A stretch of DNA of 63,424 bases, filler included, from Octopus bimaculoides (taxonomy: Eukaryota), in the NCBI RefSeq assembly GCF_001194135.2. It is 6 parts of 6 records of this genome, joined end to end, with 100 filler letters (N's around TTAATTAATTAA, not from the genome) between each part and the next. Parts side by side here need not be neighbours in the genome. Positions count along the whole stretch, not along the records: positions 1 to 31,069 come from NC_068984.1; 5 more parts are not named here. One strand, 5' to 3'. Within the stretch, counting starts at the first letter, position 1; each line of letters starts with the position of its first letter. Position numbers and translations under genes: made by a program. The notes beneath the pieces were generated by a model. The model saw nothing but the letters and a program-made list of their open reading frames with translations, was not told where the DNA came from and did no database searches. Positions 1 through 12,504 of this stretch are shown one piece after another.

Positions 1-66
<66 letters not shown>

Positions 67-1849
67 ACGCTCACACACACACACACCAATATGACGATTT
101 GCATAGTTTATGAGGGACTTAATAAGAGTACTTTATAGATACATTTGTGAAATATTTGTGGTAGAGTAGTTTTAGATAGCTTAATATATTATGCAGTCGA
201 TTTATGCCTGCATAAAAATCTACTAATAGCCTTAGTCAGATTAATTTAAGAATGTTTACGATGGCTCTTTTTAATAGCAATCTATGCATATATGCTTGCC
301 TAGAATAAAGAATAAGGACTATAAAACATTTCTGTGAGATCTATCAACAAACCTAAAATACATAATTAAGCGGCCACTTCAGAACTTTAGTCAAATGCAA
401 AATATTTAATGACATTTGTGTTTGTGCGTATCTGCAAATCTCAATTTTCTGAATATGCTTTTATCTGGCATTCTGCTGCTCATCCAGTATAGTGGAAATA
501 ATTCGAGGCAATATCAGCATTAATTGATAACACTGATAATTTTAAAACAACTTTTAACTATTGTTCTGGCGTGGTGGACTTAGGATGTGACAGTTGCCTT
601 TGCAGGTGATATAAACGCTGTTAACTTCGTCTTGCTACCTTTCAAAGTATATAGGTGAAGGGAAAATCATGGATATCTCTGTATTAAGGTGTGCCAGCCT
701 ACCGAAAATAATTGATTAACTGGAGATATGGCGTATACAAATACAGATGCTTAAAGGAAAAAAGTATGAGATATGAAGTGACAGTGGCTTCTTGCTTGTA
801 TTCATAATTTGTTCTACCTTTTATGTTTGCTGATTAGCTGCTCTGCCACTTCTTAGCTTCCAATCGTAGTGGGGAGATTTTAAAATTTGGTGTTGATTAT
901 GTTTGTTTATTTACAAACTTTATTTGTAAATTTAATTAAAGTTCTTTAAAGAGTTTTGTTTTTATTTATAAATAATGTATTGGTATATATTGTATTGGGA
1001 TTGTAAATATTCGAGATAAATTAAAAAGTGTTTGTTGGCAGGAAATTTGCTGAGAAGAAAATCAGGAAATTTTAATTAGTTGTTTATGAGTCAACCTTGT
1101 GAATTTAACTTCATAACTGATGGAGAACAAACTTGCTAATGGAAATGTTCCTGTGTCTGATATATTAAATGGTATTTCAAGTGACTTTTGCCATTGTGTA
1201 TGTAATGTTTGCATCAAGAATGAAAATGGGCTAAAAGGAGGTGGGGAGATTCATGTGGCTCATTGAGATTCTCTGTTAAAATTAGAGAAAAATATTATTG
1301 CTAGTTTACTTCAGAAACATGTATTTTGTGAACTTTAAATTTTGAAATGTGTTTAAAATGTGGTGAAACATGGGTGAATATGTGATGTCTTCAAGGCTTG
1401 TTACTTTTGTACTTATGGTATATTATTAGATACATGTCAATCAGTATGTTCATACATTTGCGTTCTGTTATAGGATTGTGTATATTTATGACTATGTACA
1501 GATAAGCAACATATGCTGGACGTTTATTTTGATTTGTGATTACGTGTGTTTTGGACAAACCTTGCTTTTTAAAAAGTTTCTTTGTGATCAGCAATGTATA
1601 TTTCATTGTTCTCATTTATTGGGTATGTAATTTTTGTAACTTAAAGATATTTTCCTGTGTCCTAACATAACTTATGGAAAAATTCAGTGTTCATATTGCT
1701 TTCTTGTATCTGTCACATATGTTTACACAGGAATATTTTACATTTTGTATATGTTACGAATATGTGCCCCGTGTATCACTTTGCTGGAGGGTTTCACTTT
1801 TAGCGAACGAGTAGTTTTTTGTCTTCGTGCATCTTGTAATGAAGGAGTT

Positions 1850-2695
1850 TCATAAAATATGATTGTTTGTAGATTGTTTCTGTACAACGTGCACGCTCTT
1901 GCTCGGGTGCAGTTGCATGATAATTCTGCTGTATTGATTGTTCCTTAGTGAACTGCTGTTCAGTGATGTACAGTATGCATTGTGTTTATGTGAAACATCA
2001 AAATATTTCTTTCTAGATGGCTGTTTAGGAAATTCCGTCAAGGATTAAGTCATAAGTACTTGTAACGCTTGCTCTCCTTTGATATATTTAAAAACCATCC
2101 AAATGTTTGGGTGGCAACAACCAGGATTTGATACTCCTGTGCAACCCTTCCACAGCATTGTTTGTTCTTGAAATCTTGGAAGTTCATCCGACGTTCTGTT
2201 GTACATATTCCATAGATCCAGTCCAAGCACTGGTTCTCGCTGTCTTCCTCTTCGACATGGTCGTCCTAAGTACATATCCTCAAGTAATCTTGCAAGGGAT
2301 ATGTTTCTGGTGGGAGTATTTGACATAAGGTTTCAAACGTTTTTTTCATCATCACATGTAGGAACAAAAGCTAAAGCAGCTATCATTCTCATAGAGATTG
2401 AAAACTCTTTATCCTCTTGGTATTGCTGTTGAAATCTGTGAAATTGAATGTTCCTATAGATACTTTAGCTAAAGTGATAGTTTCGGGTGCTATATCTTGT
2501 TTCAATGATTTTAGCTGCCCCTGAAAATTTGTCTAAGTAGTCTTTATCAGGTAACAGAAATTAACGGTACTGGTAAAAAAAATAGCGGCTTATGCTCTGG
2601 AAAATATGGCACACATCGGAGGTTAACTACTTAGGGATAATTGTCCCAGGGGGTTGAGGTATTATTGTCCATAGGGGGTAAATGTCCTAAACTCG
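1850..2695 (-). mobile_element. Degraded Mutator-like (MULE) DNA transposon: C-terminal transposase remnant with possible terminal subrepeats
   Basis: Minus-strand translation across frameshifts gives QQQYQEDKEFSISMRMIAALAFVP, FETLCQILPPETYPLQDY, EDMYLGRPCRRGRQREPVLGLDLWNMYNR, RTNNAVEGLHRSIKS and CHPNIWMVFKYIKGEQALQ. These match the MULE signature (ALAFVP...YIG...LWN.YDR...RTNN.VEGWH...HP.IW.F...LK.EQ). GGG-x-TTGTCC-like subrepeats at 2624-2692. Confidence 0.85.
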
Positions 2696-3054
2696 AGATA
2701 TTTTGAGTATACATTTAACTTTGCACATTTATTTGCGCACATATGAGAGCGTGTGTTTTGTGTGTGTGTGAGTGTAATGAGAAAGTGAAATAGAGCAACG
2801 AAACCATTTTGTATTTCTTTCATACACTAGCCATAATTGTTGTAAGTGGATAATCATATCTCTTAAACTTAGTTTCATAATGGTTGTCAGATGTTCCCTT
2901 TTAAAAGTTACTCAGTACACCACAGAAACACTGCATTTTCACTTCGAGATAAATTGATATTAATGAAAGAGAGAAAGAGACAGGGAAGGTTTAAAGTGCA
3001 GGTAATGTGTTCTTGAAATAACTGTGTATTTCGCGACAAATACTCAATCCTATA

Positions 3055-3091
<37 letters not shown>

Positions 3092-5734
3092 TTTCTTAGC
3101 GATTGACACATTACTGCTTCCGAACGGACTGTTACATATGATTCTATATAATATGAAAAGAGATATGTGGCAGATGCAATGAGAATGTATCTTAAAGTAG
3201 AAACTTTAGCAAAGTACCTAAAGTGATAGGACGCATTCATATTACTGAGTATATAAATCAATGTAAACGTAACTGAGAACACATAAGATAAACAAATTGT
3301 ATTANNNNNNNNNNNNNNNNNNNNNNNNNNNNNNNNNNNNNNNNNNNNNNNNNNNNNNNNNNNNNNNNNNNNNNNNNNNNNNNNNNNNNNNNNNNNNNNN
3401 NNNNNNNNNNNNNNNNNNNNNNNNNNNNNNNNNNNNNNNNNNNNNNNNNNNNNNNNNNNATATATTTGTGTACATTGTATGTATATACACTATATATAAT
3501 CATTATTGCTGATATATATATATATAATCACAATGCTTCTAGCGATATATACATACATACGTACATACAGACACACATATATACATACGAACACATACAT
3601 ACGAACACAAACACATGATATAGTTTTGTATGCAAGTATATGTACGCATTCTTCCTATCTCATTGCGTAGTCTAATAAAATAGAATACGAGCTTTGTTCA
3701 TGTTATATCTGCAAGATATCAGTCTATATTTTAGAGAAAGCCTTTTATTTATTTCGGTGGGTCGTTCATTTTCTTGTACTACATAAATGTGCGTGGGAAT
3801 TTGTGTGCATGTGTTTATCTACATATATAAATATATACGTGTGTAAATATATGTATCTTTATATGTACATATGTGTATATCTAGCTGTCTATACACACCC
3901 ACACGTAGACAAGACTCATGTTGATATTCTGTTTTGTAAAAAATAACCTCTGTTATTTAGAGTGTTACATAGGCTTTGCAGCCTTATCTATTTTGATCCT
4001 CCTGTTTAAAGCTCATCTGAACTTGTTTGAATTATGTCGTGTGGATTTTGCATAATCTAGTAAAATGTCAGTAAGTTTCATAAACGCTAGGAACATGTGT
4101 ACATTTTGAAATATTCCCTGGAAAGTATCTCGTTGAACTTCGCATTATTATCCTTAAATTCTCTCTTATACATTTAGTGACAAATGTATACTGCTGCAGA
4201 AGTATCTATTATTTTAGGTGTTAATAAAAATATATCATGTTGCAATAATAAGAGAATTCGGAAAAGTATGTTCACCTTTACATTTATTACGCACAAGGGC
4301 ACCGAATGAAAATTTAGCTACTGTGTTACCCTTTATGATGACCATCACAACTCTGACAACATTATCTCTCTACAGGATAAACAAGTAGGCAACTTAGATT
4401 ATACAGATTGATTAGAATTTTCTTTTAACTACACAATATGAAGCGTCATATATATAAATGAAATATAGCCATTACAATTCATCATACAGAAATGTATTCT
4501 TTCTATGGTTATCGGAATTTTCTTAACGTATATTATATCGGGAAATTTAAACTTAGATTCTTGCAGCGTTGAACTGAAATAATGGCATGCATATTCTATC
4601 TTCCAGAAAATTACGAACAGGTGGTTAAGAATTATTTCGTACTTAAGCCATATGCATGTGAAAAATATGTTTCTCTCAAAATACGCTAAATATATAGCGG
4701 TATAGTTTTATCATATTATATTGCCATATCCCCTGGTTTACACTTGAAGAGAAAGTAGGTATTACTCCGTCAAAAGCAAAATGACTTAAAGTTCTTCAAC
4801 GTTTATTAAAATAATGTGCATGATGTTCCCAAAAATACACCCGATAAAAAGGATTAAACAGAGAAGATATATCTTCCTTTCTATTTTCTCTAAGTTTTGT
4901 ACCTTATTTTCTCGTCATTGATAGGCGTTAATGTATGTGGAATTGCGTTAATAACAACCATATTTTCTGTAATCATAGAAATGATTTAGATGAATGACAC
5001 ATCGTATAGTTGGTGCGTGTATGTATTTGTGTTTTTGTGTGCGTGTATGTGTGTGTGTTTTTGGGTGTGATAATGGCAGTGTGTGATAGTAACATATAGT
5101 AACATATTCTGCCACTCACAGTTCTGTTTCAGAAGCTGTATGTAAATCAGCGTAGTCAAAATACGTATGCGTATACATGTGGTAATTCGTTTCATTTGTC
5201 TTCGTGCACGCGAATATAATGAATTATAATTGCACCTCTGTTCAAATGGGTATAAAAATACAATAATAATAAATGCAAAAATGCATTTTCATTAACTTTA
5301 AGAGACAACTGAAGTAAAATATTGACCAAATTCCTTGAAACATTCTCGATGATTTATTATCTAACAGCTGAGAATATGTATAGGAATTATTAGCGTTTCT
5401 ACAATATTCTCATGTTAATAAATGCTTTGATAACTGTATGTAGGCATGTTTCCAGATTTTGATTAGAGCAGTTGTTAGCATAGTAACATGCGTAAATTCA
5501 CATTATCAAACAAAATGTAGATTCCCTTTTACTTGAAGTAATAATGCTTTCAATTACGATTTTAAAGGTTCATGCTGTAACATTTAGTAAAATAGTTACA
5601 CAATCGAAATTTATAAGTAAACGTTACAATTAACTTCATCTATTGTTTCATAAGCATAGTGTTAGTACGTTGAATTTACCGTTGATTAAAGCGCCAATAT
5701 AAGCATAATAATGTATATTTAGACACTGTTGAGT

Positions 5735-5866
5735 ATCAGTGTACCTAGCATAAGCATTCAAATCTAATCCATAGGTCTGTACTAATAAATTATGAATATA
5801 CTACAGTAACGACTTCCTCAAACTTCGTCATTTCAGAAATGTTTTATGCTGAAATTCCTGTCAAAT
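5735..5866. repeat. 132-bp local duplication, copy 1
   Basis: Aligns without gaps to 8593-8724 with about 10 substitutions. Confidence 0.95.
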
Positions 5867-6294
5867 ATATATTTAAAATCACGTGTGTTGTTTTAGTGGA
5901 TTAAGATATGTTGTTCAATTCAAACTGCAGTCGATCATATAAGACTCGTATACCTTAGAAGTCTGTAAATCAGAATCACCACCAGAATTATCCCAGATGT
6001 ACCAAAACTGTTGGAATCATTTTGAAATCATAAATTCTACGTATAAATTTGTAAGAAAATATATCAACTTTCTCTTCACACGGAAACATTGAAAGCTCAG
6101 TAGACTCTGCCTATAATAAAATGTGCATTCTATATGAAGACAATGAAATTCTGCCGTGCAGGCACGGGCACAATTTTATATAATAAAACCAAGGTATAAA
6201 AACAAATCAGATCTGAATACTAACTGATATCGAAATAACTTGAGTTTTGTGAATGTTGTTATAGAGTGAGTCTAATATATCATGACTGCTTTTA

Positions 6295-7432
6295 TACGAA
6301 GGCTGTACCGAAAATAAAGTAAAACTGTTCACTTCTTTAATGACTGATATATCTATAATTCAAACTGCCCACTGTTGTTACAGTGTTATTTCCCATTTAG
6401 TATTTCTTTTTATTCTTCCAGTGAGGTTTTGACGAAGAGTGGTGCAGGTTGTCCGACATCCACAGGAAGCGACAAGGCATTTACAGGGATGACACCTTTG
6501 GCAATAGTAATATGTGGAGATTGAGCATTTTAAAGAAGGAAAAACTAGCCTTAAAGTAAAACCACGTACTAGCAAAAAATTAACTACGACAACTCACAAC
6601 AATTGCCCTCTGGTGGACAAAATGATTTGCACTGACCGGCAAATCACAATCATTCCATCTTCGACATAACTGAACTGTGATAACAATGAAAGAGAAAAGA
6701 AGGTGGAAGATGTTGAGCAGTGAAAGTGTGTGCAAAGTAAGTATCTTGACAGTTAACACCCGATTTGAAGGTCAGAAGGGTGGAAGTCTACTACGATCTA
6801 CTGACAGGAGATAAAATACGAAGGCATCTTTATGAACCAGAAATGAATTCTAGTTTGTGAGACGGATCTTGTTCAATGATCGGCAGAGTAAGTTATGGTA
6901 TGTATTTTAGAGGATTGGAAAGGGCATCGATCTTCCTGATTGGTAGAAAAGTGCCTGTTGCGTTAATAACGAAGCTACATTTCATACTTAGAGGATCCAT
7001 TCAGAGGAAGTAACCAAATATAACTCTGAAAACAATCCACTTTTACAATGACAATATAGTATGAACACACGTTTTAGCCATTCTGGCAATCCGCAAATTA
7101 AGTTGGGTACTTGTCCTCTACACCTATATATAACCTGGATCTATAACCGAAGACTTTCACGTGTTCAGATCAATGAAGCAAAGTAAATTCTCTGAGGACA
7201 ATAACTTGATGGCATAGCAGAGGTGAAAATGGCTGTGCAGAAGCGCGTACAACAGTGCATACAAGAATATTTTGAAGGGGAATTGCGAAGATGCTTTTAA
7301 TTGTGACTAGGTCTGGCAATTACTTTGTACAGACGAAGAGTTACTCTACCAACATATGCAATTTGAGCGACCTTAATCAGTTAATAAACAATTAATTTCC
7401 ACTTTTGCATTACTTTCAGTATAACACACGTA
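6295..7432 (+). mobile_element. Degraded mariner (Tc1/mariner) DNA transposon
   Basis: TA-bounded imperfect TIRs: TACGAAGGCTGTACCGAAAATAA on the left, reverse complement TACGTGTGTTATACTGAAAGTAA on the right. Decayed transposase motifs: DIHRK.QGIYRDD (helix-turn-helix), HFKEGKTSLKVKPRTS, MICTDRQIT, KVCAK, and remnants of HDN and YSPDL/DFHVF. Many stops and frameshifts. Confidence 0.8.
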
Positions 7433-7939
7433 GTTGGTATTTTATGATGTTTTGAAGTGAAAATATTCAGTTATAGGCGCAGTAGTAAATTATTTTTTTG
7501 ACTATCTCAAAGCCACATATTTTTTGCTTTCTGTTGAGACAGTTGAGCTAACTCCGTACATCAGTAGAATTTATTCTATAGCTTATGTATGTAAGAAATG
7601 TATTTGGTTTGCAAACAGACTTAAATTTGTTATATCAATGTGCATAACTAAGTAGCGCAATATATTAATACTCAAATACAACCCTCGTCCAATTTGATAT
7701 TTAGAAGTTCTATAATGATTACCTGTTTAAAATTAAGTGTCTATATCTCTCTAGAAACCCCCTTTTTTTCTTCAGTATTTCTCTGTAAAACGTTTGTAAA
7801 AGATATTACTGTGTGTAGCCTAACTTGATATGGAATTGCTGTTCTGGTCATATAAAAAACAAAAAAAATTATAATCGAAAGAAAAAGGCCCAAACAAATA
7901 CACAATCAAATACATATTCCTTTGCCACTTTCTTCTTTT

Positions 7940-8062
7940 CATTGATTGGTCAGCAGCCATCCTGAGGCACTGCCTTGAAATATTTAGTCAAAGAAATTTG
8001 GTACTTATTCTCTCTGTCTTCTTTTACCGAACTGCTAGGTTACGGAGACGTCGGTTGTCAAT
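7940..8062. mobile_element. SINE fragment (octopus-type, CAGCCAT...GCACTGCCTTGAA...CCGAACTGCTAGGTTACGG...TCGGTTGTCAA)
   Basis: Resembles an abundant octopus SINE body recognised by eye; no database check. Confidence 0.6.
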
Positions 8063-8592
8063 ATATGGACATTTGCAAATGCTGAGACACTTAAAAACAC
8101 ATATGTGCATAAACAGAACACTCATATTTTACTCGTATTGATTGGCCTGTGCAATTTTAATATATTTACATGATGTGGAGGCGGTCAACTAACAAAGTTC
8201 CAATGAATATTAGAGAAAGTATTCATTTGCAGAAGTAAGGTACAGTTAAGTAGTAAAAGAAAAAATAAACATTACATTTCAAATAACTAATCACGTTTAA
8301 GGAGATGTCGTATTTTAGAATTAGTTGCAAGGAAATAGCATTCAATGAAACGTATCTCAGGATTTTAGTGATATATGATTGCTACATGTGATGTGCAGTG
8401 ATGCATAGTAATAAACTATTTGTTTTCGTGATGAGAATCGTGAATATCACTGCAAGTAAATTAGATTATATAGAATTGATGACTGTGTGGAAAACGTCCT
8501 ACATTAAATCTATAGTCGGTATGATATTCCTGGCTGCGTTTTATTATATTCCAATTCTGCGTAGAAGATATTCCTGAAATATTAATTCTTAG

Positions 8593-8724
8593 ATCAGTGT
8601 ATCTAGCATAAGCATTTAAATCTAATCCATAGGTCTGTACTAATAAATTATGAATATACTACAAACATGTCTTCCTCAAACTTCACCATTTCTGAAATGT
8701 TTTATGCTGAAATTCCTGTCAAAT
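8593..8724. repeat. 132-bp local duplication, copy 2
   Basis: Aligns without gaps to 5735-5866. Confidence 0.95.
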
Positions 8725-9377
8725 CGTTTTCATCACAGAATCCATCAGTCATCTTATTTGCAGCTCCACAAATTCATTAGGTCTGTTTAGGTTAACACTC
8801 ATCCAACTAGCCGACTGGTGCCCCACACCTCGTTCACAAGACCCAGTTTCTTGGTTGAATGATATGTGAAGCATAATACAGTGATATGATTGAATGATAT
8901 GTGAATGATATATGATTGAATGATATGTGAAGCATAATACAGACCGAACTACACTGCAAACGTAGCTATTTTCTGAAATATGCCCTGTTAGATATAATGT
9001 TTTATTTGTTATGTTATTGCCTTGATATTAGTACCAATTATATACCGTGTGTAAATCAGCAAAGATATCTACGTTACTTTGCTCTTGACCACATCAAAAG
9101 AATAGACACTTGTTTTCCAACTGGAAAATCGTGAAACTAGGAGTAACAACATAACGTCATAGGCAACCTGTAATGCATAATATTTCTTCTGTTCGCAAGA
9201 TACAATGTTTGTGTGTGCATATGTATATATATATAAACTAAAAACCAAACAATGTGCATGCAGGAAAGGAAAAATACAAATGGCGACAATTTACACATCA
9301 CACTCTGCATATCTGTGTGCGTGCGATTCCTGCGAGAATGCATGTATGAATATGTTTTGATGTATGTATATACATAC

Positions 9378-9409
<32 letters not shown>

Positions 9410-9419
9410 NNNNNNNNNN

Positions 9420-9458
<39 letters not shown>

Positions 9459-10147
9459 ATATATGTGTGTGTGTATGTGTATGTGCATGTGTGTGAAATT
9501 ATGTATAATACCAGACACGCTTCGCTTTCCATTGCTCAAAGTTACGTACGCGCAGAGAGTGACCACAAATTTTAGATATACGGAGTTAATATAAGAAGGT
9601 TTTAAGGATGATTTCTAAGTGAGAACATTGGGGGCCTGCGTTATTCAGTTCAACTCACGTGTATTCTACTTTTGTTTCGTAGAATGTCACCAAATAGTTT
9701 TAGATATTTTTCTATGTGGTTGAGGAGACGATAACTTTTCTCTTACGACTCTAACTGCACGTGATAAGTCCTAATTTCTTTAGCATTTTCACCTACCTAC
9801 GTATGTGTGCCTGAGTATGTGTATGTGTCTGAGTGAGTGTGGCCGAGTTTGGGTGTCTTTGTGTGCGTGTGTGAGCCAGTATGTGTATGTGTGTATTTCT
9901 CTTCGTGTTTATTTTCTGATGTGCCTTCTTCTGCATAACAACCACTGTTAGATTGTTTAAGTACTTTTATACCAGCGGTTCGATAAAAGTCGGCCGATAG
10001 ATTATGTACCACATTTAAAAGGGTTGCTTAGATAAACTGCTTTCTTGTAATCTGATTTGATCTTTGCTCTCTAGCTTCAACTTATGTCAGCGTCAATTTT
10101 ATCTTTCTTCTTTTGAGTTTGATATAAATCAGTCTTATACTAATTGC

Positions 10148-10461
10148 TTACGACGACGAAGGTTCCAGTAAACCCGATCTACAGAACAGCCTGCTTGTAA
10201 AATTGACGTGAAAGTAGCTGAGAATTCCACAGACACATGTACCCATAATGTAATTCTCAGGAGATTCAATGTGACAGAGTGTTACAAGGCTGGCCCTTTG
10301 AAATACAGGCCCTACTCATTTTTGCTAACTGAGTGAATTGAAACAACGAAAGATAAAATCTCTTGCTCAAGGATACAACGCGCCGCCGCGAATCGAACTC
10401 GCAACCTTACGATCGTGAGGTGAAACAGCCGAATTCCCTAAACACGAAGTTACGTGCCTCC
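10148..10461 (-). mobile_element. tRNA-derived SINE
   Basis: Colinear with the 5' part of 54835-55205 (GGTTCCAG...ACAGCCTGCT...CCACAGACAC...CAAGGCTG.CCCTTTGAA.TACAGG). Reverse B-box GAATCGAAC near 10391. Confidence 0.85.
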
Positions 10462-11147
10462 ACAGACTTATGCAAAACACATGAACGTGCTTCCTTCTTT
10501 CCCTTCAACCTGTCTCTCACTCTCTTTCCCCCTAATTTCTGGAAGAAAATGCTGGTCAGACCTAGATTGGTTTGGACTCCGACCAAAGCATACCGTATAT
10601 TACTGGTAAATTATCATCTGCCTTATTCTGTAATACTATAATACTTCATTTAGTGAATGAAATAGTTAAGACAGCCTTTTTTTTATTATATAAAAGGCAG
10701 CAATTTAAGGATAATTTATCACTGTATTGCGCCAGAAGATAAAAACCAGCAAACGCAGTTTAGATTCAAAAGTGACATCACGGCCAATGACAATAGCATA
10801 AAAGGCATATAAAATGCACATATGTAGGGCGGCATCAGATATGAAATATTGGCAAAATGGAATAGTTGTATATGGTGAAACGACGTGTTTCCAGACAGAA
10901 AGCCTCATGAAAACCTACATGGATTATATAAATAAATAAAGAGAGGAAAGATAGTAAAAAATAGGAAAGATTCGAACGATGTCAGAATGATTATGTTCAC
11001 TGCAACAAATTATTGGAGAAGTTTGCTGCAACAGGGTATTAGAAAAGAAAAACAAAATTATAATTATTACTAATGGGAGTTCTAAGTTCATAGATATTCA
11101 GTCTCACAGTCATACCCACATCCATATATCAAGACAGTAACGTGTTC

Positions 11148-11186
<39 letters not shown>

Positions 11187-11991
11187 NNNNNNNNNNNNNN
11201 NNNNNNNNNNNNNNNNNNNNNNNNNNNNNNNNNNNNNNNNNNNNNNNNNNNNNNNNNNNNNNNNNNNNNNNNNNNNNNNNNNNNNNNNNNNNNNNNNNNN
11301 NNNNNNNNNNNNNNNNNNNNNNNNNNNNNNNNNNNNNNNNNNNNNNNNNNNNNNNNNNNNNNNNNNNNNNNNNNNNNNNNNNNNNNNNNNNNNNNNNNNN
11401 NNNNNNNNNNNNNNNNNNNNNNNNNNNNNNNNNNNNNNNNNNNNNNNNNNNNNNNNNNNNNNNNNNNNNNNNNNNNNNNNNNNNNNNNNNNNNNNNNNNN
11501 NNNNNNNNNNNNNNNNNNNNNNNNNNNNNNNNNNNNNNNNNNNNNNNNNNNNNNNNNNNNNNNNNNNNNNNNNNNNNNNNNNNNNNNNNNNNNNNNNNNN
11601 NNNNNNNNNNNNNNNNNNNNNNNNNNNNNNNNNNNNNNNNNNNNNNNNNNNNNNNNNNNNNNNNNNNNNNNNNNNNNNNNNNNNNNNNNNNNNNNNNNNN
11701 NNNNNNNNNNNNNNNNNNNNNNNNNNNNNNNNNNNNNNNNNNNNNNNNNNNNNNNNNNNNNNNNNNNNNNNNNNNNNNNNNNNNNNNNNNNNNNNNNNNN
11801 NNNNNNNNNNNNNNNNNNNNNNNNNNNNNNNNNNNNNNNNNNNNNNNNNNNNNNNNNNNNNNNNNNNNNNNNNNNNNNNNNNNNNNNNNNNNNNNNNNNN
11901 NNNNNNNNNNNNNNNNNNNNNNNNNNNNNNNNNNNNNNNNNNNNNNNNNNNNNNNNNNNNNNNNNNNNNNNNNNNNNNNNNNNNNNNNNNN

Positions 11992-12037
<46 letters not shown>

Positions 12038-12467
12038 TGTTTATAAGTATACATTACCACACGGACGTATATATAAATACATACACCCCACACGTATATA
12101 TATACAAACATGCACATACACACACACACAGTCACATGCATATACGCACATACACACAAACACGCATATATATTTGCTTCTGTGCTTGTGTCTGCTTCTG
12201 TGCTTGTGTCTGCTTCTGTGCGCACTTCTGTATAAATCTTTCATATACATAGAAGTGTGTTATATCTATAAACGCAGCCACGCATAACTATGTATAGATA
12301 CATACATACGTACATACATACATACGCACACACACACACACATATATATATAACTATTGCTTTATAGGNNNNNNNNNNNNNNNNNNNNNNNNNNNNNNNN
12401 NNNNNNNNNNNNNNNNNNNNNNNNNNNNNNNNNNNNNNNNNNNNNNNNNNNNNNNNNNNNNNNNNNN

Positions 12468-12504
<37 letters not shown>

